Of a stretch of 22,763 nt of DNA, positions 7,360 through 14,555 are shown one piece after another. The stretch covers positions 1 through 22,763 of the forward strand of contig JBFWJG010000040.1 of NCBI GenBank assembly GCA_050253335.1. Reading direction: 5' to 3'. Source of the DNA: Deferribacterales bacterium. GTDB lineage: Bacteria > Chrysiogenota > Deferribacteres > Deferribacterales > Geovibrionaceae. The position numbers were made by a program, and so were the translations under genes. Under the pieces are notes generated by a model that saw nothing but the letters and a program-made list of their open reading frames with translations, was not told the DNA's origin and did not search any database. The first letter of the stretch is position 1, and every line of letters starts with the position of its first letter.

Positions 7360-10300
7360 TCAGGTCTCTACCAGTTCAGAAAGAATTTCGCATGTTTTTT
7401 GCAGGAAATCGTCTTTTTTCTCAAAATAAAGGACCAGGCTGTTCTCATTTTCGAACTTGTAAACAGCCCTCATCTCACCCAGAACCTGCACAAGCTTAGA
7501 CGGTGAAAGAGGAGTGTCCTTATCAAAGGTTATGCGGACACGCCCTGTGTGTATGGCGAGTTTTTCCGCGTACGCCTTCCCTGCCAGGTTCTTCATGAGC
7601 ATGATCCAGCCGAGGTTTTCCGTCTCCGGCCTGACATCGCCGTAAACCTGCGCGAGGTCATCCAGAAGCCCCCGCATTTCCCTCTCGGACTGTATCTTGG
7701 AGAAGCGCCTGTAATAATCGAACCTGAGCGAAACATCCTCCACATATTCGGCGGAGATGAAGTAAGGCAGGGCGGAGGCAACCTCCGTTTCGCGGGCGTT
7801 GTTCAGCTCGCCCTTGAGCTCCTTAACCGCTTCTTCTATCATCTGGAGGAAAAGCTCATAACCGATCTTCACCATGGAGCCCGACTGCTCCGCACCGAGA
7901 AGATCGCCCGCCCCCCTGAGCTGAAGGTCATAGAAGGCTATCTTCACCCCGCTGCCGAGGTCGGAGAGCTGCTGAATAATCTTCAGCCTTTTGCGGGCTA
8001 TTTCGTTCAGGCTGGCCATGCTGGGCACAAGCATATAGCAGTAGCCCCTTCTGCGTGAGCGCCCCACACGCCCCTTGAGCTGGTAAACCTGCGCAAGGCC
8101 GAAATGGGCGGCGTTGTTTATGATAATTGTGTTGGCATTTGCTATATCAATTCCGTTTTCCACAATAGTAGTGCAGACAAGCACATCAAGCTCGCCCTGA
8201 TAAAAGCTGTAGAGCACGCTTTCCATGGCGTCCGCAGTCATCTGTCCGTGAGCTACTCCCAGTCTCGCATGGGGAACAAGCTTCCGCACTGATTCCGCAA
8301 CGGATTCTATATCCTCGACCCTGTTATGAAGGAAATACACCTGCCCGCCCCTCTCAAGCTCGTTCATCAGCGCGCTTTTGATCTCTTCATCGGTCTTTAT
8401 GACACGGGTGATAACCGGAAGCCTCTCCTCCGGCGGGGTTTCTATAACGCTTATATCCCGTATGCCGGACATGGAAAGCTGTAATGTGCGGGGGATGGGC
8501 GTGGCGGAAAGGTAGATTATATCTATGTTGCTCTTGAGAGCTGTTATTTTCTCTTTATGTGCGACGCCGAAACGCTGTTCCTCGTCTATCACAAGAAGCC
8601 CCAGATCACGGAACTCCACATCCTTTGAAAGCAGTCTGTGAGTGCCGATTATTATATCCACCTCGCCGGCCGCCAGTCTGCGCAGGGTCTTTTTTATCTC
8701 GGAGGATGTCTTGTATCTGCTGATGTAGTCCACATTCACGGGCATATCGGCGAAGCGTTTCTTGAAGTTTACATAATGCTGGCGGGCAAGAACCGTTGTG
8801 GGCACAAGAACACCCACCTGTTTCCCGCAGGCAACGGCCTTGCAGGCGGCGCGCATAGCCACCTCTGTTTTCCCGAAGCCCACATCGCCGCAGACAAGAC
8901 GCTCCATCGGCTTCTCATCCTCCATACCCTGATAAACATCGTGTATGGCGGAAAGCTGATCATCCGTTTCGTCATATTCAAAGCCCTGCTCAAACTGCTC
9001 CAGCAGGATTCCGTCATCCCGGAAGGCGAAACCTGTTTTCACTTTTCTGTCCGCATAAAGCTTCAGCAGGTCTATTGCCAGCTTCTTCGCCCTTGTGCTC
9101 GCCTGAACCTTCAGCTTTTTCCATGTGGCAGTCTGAAGGCTGTGCACCCTCGGGGCTCTTCCTTCCGCGCCTATATATTTCTGAATATGTCCTATCTTAT
9201 CCAGCGGAACGTAGAGTATCTCCCCGTTTTCGTACTCAAGAACGAGGAAATCGCCGGCAACTCCGCCTATCTCCTTGTGGACAAGGCCTCTGTATATGCC
9301 TATTCCGTAATCAACATGGACAACATAGTCATCCGGCTCAAGGTCGTTCAGGCTTGTGGAATATACCTCTTTCTTGGCTTTTCTGACCTTTTTCTTAACC
9401 GTCCCGAAGATGTCCTCATCGGTTACAACGGCCACCTTCCCTCTCGGGTCGATAAAACCGCCGCTCACCTTCTCCCCGTAAAGCCCTATTCCGTGGGCGG
9501 GGAGTTTAAGATATGAGGATATTTCCGTAACCGCTATTTCGTGATCCCGCATGAAGTCGAGGAACAGGCTCTTGAGCTTCCTGCTCTCAATGCAGACCAG
9601 CACCCCGTATTTATCATCCAGAAGATCCTTTATCTTCACCGCGGCATCAGTCACGGACTGGTAGAGGTTCTTCTTCTCATGGGTGAATCTCGCCGCCGAA
9701 CTGCTGAGCCCGCCGTCTGCGCTGTCCGTGTCCACTGTCTCCTCAAAGAGGTGAACATCCCGCACGCTCAGAAGCTTTTCCATTGTCTCCGCGCTGATGA
9801 AGTTTTTCTCAATCCCCGCGGGGAGTCCTGCGTGATCCTGCCTGTCCCTGACTGTGTTGTCTGTCTCTATGAAAGCGTCCGCCAGATCCCGCTCAAGGGT
9901 CACAACCTGCGTTCCCGAGCCGAGATAGTCAAAAAGGCTGGCCATGCTTCTGTATATAAACGGGCTGAACCAGTGGCATCCGGCAAACTTGCCGAAGTTT
10001 TTCGCCTTCTCGCTCACAGCGGGAATCTTCACCCCAGCCAAGTCATCCTCATCAAAAAGCGCCTCGCCCGCGGGAAGGATCGTGAGCTCCTCAAGCTTCC
10101 TCTCCGTTCTGCGGCTGAATGACTCGAAAACATCCATGCGCTCTATTTCGTCATCAAAAAATTCTATCCTCACGGGGTTTTCCATCTGCGGGGTAAAAAC
10201 CTCCGCTATGTCGCCCCTGATTGTGTACTCACCCTGACCGGAAACAAGCTCAACGTTTACATAACCGGAATATTCCAGAGCGTACCGCAGTTCCTCCCTG

Positions 10301-10671
10301 TCTGTCCTACCCTTCTTTTTCAGATTTATTACTGATGCCGCAAAGACATCCGCAGGGGGAAGAGCCCTTGAAAGAGATTTCGGAGTGGTTACAACAACAC
10401 CCTCAAAGCCGCTCATAAGCCTGTGCAGTGTGCTGACACGCATGGAGAGGACATCGGTGAGAACTCTGGCTTCTTCAAAGGGTTCCTGTGTGTATTCCGG
10501 AAAAGGCGCGACTTTATCCGCTCCGAAAAAGAAAATCAGCTCGGATAAAAGAAGATCAAAACGGTTTCTGTCGGGGGCGATGACAAGCACCCTGCCCCCG
10601 CTGAAATTTTTTCTGAGACGGTAAGCGGCTCCTGCGCCCCATAAACCGCCCGTTATTGAAGTGAAGTCCAT
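7360..10671 (-). CDS. mfd: Transcription-repair coupling factor
   Basis: RID (YVVHVDYGIG), Walker A GDVGFGKTEVA, DEEQRFG, SATPIPRTL, QLKGRVGRS and TRG motif DLQLRGAGDLLG; 1103 aa. Confidence 0.98.
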   Translation of the reverse strand: MDFTSITGGLWGAGAAYRLRKNFSGGRVLVIAPDRNRFDLLLSELIFFFGADKVAPFPEYTQEPFEEARVLTDVLSMRVSTLHRLMSGFEGVVVTTPKSLSRALPPADVFAASVINLKKKGRTDREELRYALEYSGYVNVELVSGQGEYTIRGDIAEVFTPQMENPVRIEFFDDEIERMDVFESFSRRTERKLEELTILPAGEALFDEDDLAGVKIPAVSEKAKNFGKFAGCHWFSPFIYRSMASLFDYLGSGTQVVTLERDLADAFIETDNTVRDRQDHAGLPAGIEKNFISAETMEKLLSVRDVHLFEETVDTDSADGGLSSSAARFTHEKKNLYQSVTDAAVKIKDLLDDKYGVLVCIESRKLKSLFLDFMRDHEIAVTEISSYLKLPAHGIGLYGEKVSGGFIDPRGKVAVVTDEDIFGTVKKKVRKAKKEVYSTSLNDLEPDDYVVHVDYGIGIYRGLVHKEIGGVAGDFLVLEYENGEILYVPLDKIGHIQKYIGAEGRAPRVHSLQTATWKKLKVQASTRAKKLAIDLLKLYADRKVKTGFAFRDDGILLEQFEQGFEYDETDDQLSAIHDVYQGMEDEKPMERLVCGDVGFGKTEVAMRAACKAVACGKQVGVLVPTTVLARQHYVNFKKRFADMPVNVDYISRYKTSSEIKKTLRRLAAGEVDIIIGTHRLLSKDVEFRDLGLLVIDEEQRFGVAHKEKITALKSNIDIIYLSATPIPRTLQLSMSGIRDISVIETPPEERLPVITRVIKTDEEIKSALMNELERGGQVYFLHNRVEDIESVAESVRKLVPHARLGVAHGQMTADAMESVLYSFYQGELDVLVCTTIVENGIDIANANTIIINNAAHFGLAQVYQLKGRVGRSRRRGYCYMLVPSMASLNEIARKRLKIIQQLSDLGSGVKIAFYDLQLRGAGDLLGAEQSGSMVKIGYELFLQMIEEAVKELKGELNNARETEVASALPYFISAEYVEDVSLRFDYYRRFSKIQSEREMRGLLDDLAQVYGDVRPETENLGWIMLMKNLAGKAYAEKLAIHTGRVRITFDKDTPLSPSKLVQVLGEMRAVYKFENENSLVLYFEKKDDFLQKTCEILSELVET

Positions 10672-10727
10672 TATTATTTACTGTTCTTCCGCTTTCTCAT
10701 TTAATAATATTCCGGTTAATGAACAGC

Positions 10728-11306
10728 CTAACTGAACTTGCCGAACATTATCTCGTCCACCAGCTCGCAGATGATGTGAGCGGCGGCAATGTGTATCTCC
10801 TGAATCCTCGGGGTGCACTCCGAAGGGGAAATAAGAAGATGATCGCACAGACCGCGCATAAGCCCGCCGTCCTTGCCGGTGAAGCCTATGGTGGTCATCC
10901 CCTGCCTGCCCGCAGTGCGGAGAGCGGCCAGTACGTTTGGAGAGTTTCCGCTGGTGGAAATTCCCCAGGCTATGTCGTTGGTGTTGCCCAGCGCCTTGAG
11001 CTGCTTGTCGAAAACCTCTTCAAAGCTGTAGTCATTGCCTATCGCCGTCAGGGCAGACGTATCAGTCGTCAGCGCAAGGGCAGGCAGAGGCGGACGCTCC
11101 ATCTTGAAACGGTTGGTAAACTCCGCGGCTATATGCTGGGAGTCCGCGGCGGAACCGCCGTTGCCGAAAATCAGCACCTTCCCGCCGTTCTCGAAACACT
11201 TTACTATCTCAGTGGATATGCCTATCAGCACGGGCATAGACTCGGCAGAAAACCTCGCCTGAGCCTCCCGCATCTCATCAAAAATATCGCTTATGAAATC
11301 TTCCAT
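10728..11306 (-). CDS. gmhA: Phosphoheptose isomerase (SIS domain)
   Basis: GNGGSAADSQHIAAE, GNDYSF, STSGNS and RIQEIH…H; retains the catalytic Glu that DiaA lacks. Confidence 0.9.
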   Translation of the reverse strand: MEDFISDIFDEMREAQARFSAESMPVLIGISTEIVKCFENGGKVLIFGNGGSAADSQHIAAEFTNRFKMERPPLPALALTTDTSALTAIGNDYSFEEVFDKQLKALGNTNDIAWGISTSGNSPNVLAALRTAGRQGMTTIGFTGKDGGLMRGLCDHLLISPSECTPRIQEIHIAAAHIICELVDEIMFGKFS

Positions 11307-11339
11307 TACGCTACCTTTTAGATTTTAAACTCTATCTGA

Positions 11340-11453
11340 TATGAAAGAACCCTTTTTCCACAGGAAAAAAGTGTTCTCTCATACTCACTCCCAAAAACCT
11401 GAAATTCGGGTTTTGAGGGGGAACGGGGGAACTTTTGCCTAAAAGTTTCCCCG
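11340..11453. repeat. Composite palindromic element: three adjacent imperfect hairpins (REP/REPIN-like doublet)
   Basis: Hairpins at 11340-11383, 11388-11420 and 11424-11453 (CGGGGGAACTTTT-GCCT-AAAAGTTTCCCCG). Confidence 0.75.
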
Positions 11454-11470
11454 AAAACCAAATCTACGCA

Positions 11471-11769
11471 CTGTCTTAATAACAAAAATCCGCACATCCT
11501 GTCGGATTTTTGTACACGCTCGCGCCGAATTAAGATTCGGCTTCGCTTCGCACGGCGGGGTTCCGATCCTCGGAACCTGTTCTCACGCACCGAATGCGTT
11601 TATTATGTGCGATATTTCAGCCGTCTTGATAACAAAAATCCGCACATCCTGTCGGATTTTTGTACACGCTCGCGCCGAATTAAGATTCGGCTTCGCTTCG
11701 CACGGCGGGGTTCCGATCCTCGGAACCTGTTCTCACGCACCGAATGCGTTTATTATGTGCGTTATTTTA
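11471..11769. repeat. Tandem duplication with a 150-bp period (2 copies), each with three hairpins and the last codons of yraN
   Basis: 11479-11611 is identical to 11629-11761 (133 bp); similarity extends with a few mismatches to about 11471-11619 versus 11621-11769. Confidence 0.95.
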
Positions 11770-12071
11770 TCATTGTCTATGGAAATCACATCGAATCGGC
11801 AGAGTTTTTCCATATTATTTTCCATGAGATAGAACTCGGCGGTGCGTATAATTTTATCCTGTTTGGTGTGTGTTACCGACTGGTATCCTTCTCCGAAGGC
11901 GTCTGAGGAGCGGGTTTTGACTTCGACGAACACCAGTGTGCCGTCTTTTTCGGCGATTATGTCTATCTCGCCTGTTTTGGCGCGGTAGTTCCGCTTAATT
12001 ACGGCGTATCCTTTCTTTCTGAGGAACGCCGCCGCTTTGTCTTCGCCTGATTTACCTTTTAATATCCGCAT
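11733..12071 (-). CDS. yraN: YraN family (UPF0102) PD-(D/E)XK endonuclease-like protein
   Basis: GEDKAAAFL, RNYR…GEIDII…LVFVEVKTR, CRFDVI and HIINAF motifs; follows rnhB as is common. Confidence 0.93.
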   Translation of the reverse strand: MRILKGKSGEDKAAAFLRKKGYAVIKRNYRAKTGEIDIIAEKDGTLVFVEVKTRSSDAFGEGYQSVTHTKQDKIIRTAEFYLMENNMEKLCRFDVISIDNDKITHIINAFGA

Positions 12072-12609
12072 TTTTCAGGAAACTCATCCGGTGCAGTTCT
12101 GTTGCGCCGTATTTTTTGAGAGCGTCAAGATGAACCTTCGCCCCGTAGCCTTTGTTTGAATACCAGCCGTATTCAGGATATGTCATGTGGAGTTTTTTCA
12201 TCATGGAGTCGCGGTAAACCTTTGCAAGAATGGAGGCTGCTGCCACGCACATATGGCTGTCTTCCGCCTTGAATGGGTTTTCTATGGGGACACTGACATT
12301 GAGCCTGACTGCGTCCACTATTATATTGTCGTAAGGGGTTTTCAGGCGGGAGAGGGCAATATGCATAGCCTGTTTGGTGGCGCGGAGTATGTTTATCTGG
12401 TCTATGACCTGATTACAGACAACACCGAATGCATAATCAACGGCGTTGCGTCTTATGCTTTCGGCTATTACCTCGCGTTTTTTCTCGGTTATTTTTTTGG
12501 AGTCGATGATGCGGGGATCGGCGTAGCCTTCGGGCATGATGACAGCACAGGCCACAACGGGCCCTGCGAAGCATCCCCTGCCCACCTCATCAATGCCGAC
12601 GGTGACTAT
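12052..12609 (-). CDS. rnhB: Ribonuclease HII; start extended to a non-canonical ATA codon
   Basis: The frame upstream of the track's GTG (12585) reads I-V-T-V-G-I-D-E-V-G-R-G, the catalytic motif. DSKK, VAAASILAKVYRD, NKGYG and HRMSF follow. Product is secure; the exact start is inferred. Confidence 0.9.
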   Translation of the reverse strand: MVTVGIDEVGRGCFAGPVVACAVIMPEGYADPRIIDSKKITEKKREVIAESIRRNAVDYAFGVVCNQVIDQINILRATKQAMHIALSRLKTPYDNIIVDAVRLNVSVPIENPFKAEDSHMCVAAASILAKVYRDSMMKKLHMTYPEYGWYSNKGYGAKVHLDALKKYGATELHRMSFLKNADIKR

Positions 12610-13266
12610 CTATTCCCCCTTTTTTCTGCGGATTTTCGCTTTGATCCAGCCGATGAATTCATCAAGCCCCTGCCCTGTTTTGCAGGATGTCTCGAAGATG
12701 TCCAGCGTGGGGTTCACGCCGAGGGCGAAACCACGGCATTTCTGCACATCGAAATCCACATAAGGCAGAAGGTCTGTCTTGTTGATGATGAACGCTGAGG
12801 AGACGTGGAACATTGAGGGGTATTTGGCGGGTTTGTCCTCCCCTTCGGTTACGCTGAGCATACAGACCTTTGCATCTTCGCCAAGTTCGTATGAAGAGGG
12901 GCAGACGAGGTTGCCCACGTTTTCTATAATGAGGAGGTCAAGCTTGCCGAATGCAACCATCGCCTTTTCTATGTCCAGTGCTTCGAGGTGGCATGAGCCG
13001 TTTGTATTCACCTGAACTGCGGGGATTCCCGCCGCCCTGATGCGCTCTGCATCGAAATCGGTCTGGAGGTCGCCTTCGATAACGCCGACGGAGTATTCCT
13101 TCTGAATTTCCACAAGGATTTTGGAGAGGAGGGTGGTTTTTCCGCTTCCGGGTGAGGAGACAAAGTTAAGGACAAGTGTTCTGTCCCTGTCAAAGCCTTC
13201 CTTGAGGGCTTCCGCCAGTTCCTCGTTTTTGGAGAGAATTCTTTTATTCACATCAAGCTTGGTCAT
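12610..13266 (-). CDS. hypB: Hydrogenase nickel-insertion GTPase HypB
   Basis: SSPGSGKTTLL, CHLEA, ENVGNLVCP, EGEDKPAKYP and NKTDL motifs; no His-rich N-terminus. Confidence 0.96.
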   Translation of the reverse strand: MTKLDVNKRILSKNEELAEALKEGFDRDRTLVLNFVSSPGSGKTTLLSKILVEIQKEYSVGVIEGDLQTDFDAERIRAAGIPAVQVNTNGSCHLEALDIEKAMVAFGKLDLLIIENVGNLVCPSSYELGEDAKVCMLSVTEGEDKPAKYPSMFHVSSAFIINKTDLLPYVDFDVQKCRGFALGVNPTLDIFETSCKTGQGLDEFIGWIKAKIRRKKGE

Positions 13267-13303
13267 AAGCCACCTTCTTCTATTCTTTTAAAGACTGAGA
13301 AAA

Positions 13304-13645
13304 TCAATCCACTTCTATTTCGGTGATTTGCAGTTCTTCTCCGGTGAGGATCTTCACCGCGTGGGAGCCGCATTTGGGGCACTGCATGAAAATCTGTTCA
13401 AAGGTGTTTTCATTGCCGCAGTCCATGCACTTGCCGGTGAGGGGAACATTTTCTATAATCAGCTCCCCTTCCTCCGCTATTGTGCCGTCCTTGAGGGCGT
13501 CAAAGGCGAACATCAGCGAGGAGCTTTCCACCGCCTGCAGCCTGCCTATTTTCACAAAAACTTTATTTATTTTCTTAGCGCCGTTATTTTTTGCGGTTTC
13601 AAAAACCACATCCATAAGGCTCTGGGCTATACTGACTTCATGCAT
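13304..13645 (-). CDS. hypA: Hydrogenase nickel metallochaperone HypA
   Basis: MHEVS N-terminus, two CxxC (CMDC, CPKC) and a GEELQITEIEVD end. Confidence 0.96.
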   Translation of the reverse strand: MHEVSIAQSLMDVVFETAKNNGAKKINKVFVKIGRLQAVESSSLMFAFDALKDGTIAEEGELIIENVPLTGKCMDCGNENTFEQIFMQCPKCGSHAVKILTGEELQITEIEVD

Positions 13646-13652
13646 GGGAATA

Positions 13653-13681
13653 TGTATAATATCCTATAGTGCCTTAGTCAA
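13653..13681 (-). promoter_or_regulatory. Possible promoter for a leaderless hypA transcript
   Basis: On the - strand: TTGACT, 17-nt spacer, TATACA (imperfect), 7 nt, ATG; no SD. Confidence 0.35.
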
Positions 13682-14555
13682 CCGCATAATAGAGTTCGTG
13701 AACCTCACCCCGCCGGAAAAGCCTGCCTTCGCATTCCGCTTCCTCTATCAGAACAGTTCCGGAACCGCACGCTATCTCCGCGCCATAAGGGGTGAGCTCA
13801 ACCAGTTCCCCCGGTCTGCCGTATTCCCCCTGCCACTTTTCAGCGGCAGCCCGCCAGACTGTTATCTGCCTGCCGTTTCGCATGAAATATGCCCCGAAAT
13901 AGGGGCGGGAGAATCCTCTGATGTGGTTGTAAATACTGTAGGCATCGCGGTTGAAGTCTATAACTCCTTCACGCCTGCGCTTGCGGGGAAGATAAAACGA
14001 CTCCCGCTCATCCTGCGGAACTGCTTTGAAGCCGCCGAACCCTTTTTCCGCAAAATCCTTCACGAAGCGGGCGCAGACAGCGGCGTATTTTCTCAGGAAA
14101 TCCTCAGGATATTCCCCGAAGCCAATCCTTATCTCCTCGGAGAAGAGAACATCCCCGCCGTCCACCCTGTCTGATGCTATATAAAAACTGGCGCCGGACA
14201 CGGCAACGCCCCGCAGAAACTGTTCCGTCACCGCGCTGTAGCCTCTGTAAAGGGGCAGAAGAGATGGATGGGCGAACACGGCCTTTACGTCCGTTCCCAT
14301 GAAAAAGTCCTTTGTCCAGTCCACGCAGAGTGCCACTGTGTCGCTGTCCAGCACAGCTTCGGGTGCTTCGCCGTATTTGTTAGATGATATGAAGGTCATG
14401 GGGAAAAGCCCCCTGTATCTGCCAAAATCCCTTGAGAGAGCCGTTTTCTGAAAGCCTGCGGGATATGTGTACACCTGCGGGTAAAACCCCAGTTCATCCA
14501 GAGCGTCCAGCAGATATTCCCCTGTGAGATTCGATGTAAAAAGCGCTGTTTTCAC
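13674..14555 (-). CDS. Formyltransferase-family protein (Fmt/ArnA-N-like, with C-terminal domain), divergent active site
   Basis: HPSLLPLYRG and VDGGDV motifs; C-terminal YNHIRGFSRPYFGAY…IACGSG; GTG start overlaps the upstream stop (GTGA). Confidence 0.8.
   Translation of the reverse strand: MKTALFTSNLTGEYLLDALDELGFYPQVYTYPAGFQKTALSRDFGRYRGLFPMTFISSNKYGEAPEAVLDSDTVALCVDWTKDFFMGTDVKAVFAHPSLLPLYRGYSAVTEQFLRGVAVSGASFYIASDRVDGGDVLFSEEIRIGFGEYPEDFLRKYAAVCARFVKDFAEKGFGGFKAVPQDERESFYLPRKRRREGVIDFNRDAYSIYNHIRGFSRPYFGAYFMRNGRQITVWRAAAEKWQGEYGRPGELVELTPYGAEIACGSGTVLIEEAECEGRLFRRGEVHELYYAVD

Noticed and set aside
7549..10624. Multiple + strand ORFs of 100-290 aa opposite mfd (and similar shadows opposite other genes)
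   Set aside because: Antisense to a well-conserved gene, with no motifs or ribosome-binding sites.
10728..11306. DiaA assignment suggested by yraN adjacency
   Set aside because: GmhA catalytic residues (H…E in QHIAAE, Q and H in RIQEIH…H) are intact.
11471..11769. CRISPR array, tRNA or DGR template/variable repeat interpretation of the tandem repeat
   Set aside because: Only two 133-bp copies with a 17-nt junction; no cas or reverse transcriptase gene, no cloverleaf/T-loop consensus, and the core copies are identical rather than adenine-mutated.
11318..11906. ORFs of 75-99 aa across the yraN-gmhA spacer
   Set aside because: They are translations of the palindromic repeats, with no protein-like features.
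12610..12612. Pyrrolysine decoding of the hypB UAG
   Set aside because: No pyl genes in the window, HypB ends at a normal length, and other genes here also end in TAG.
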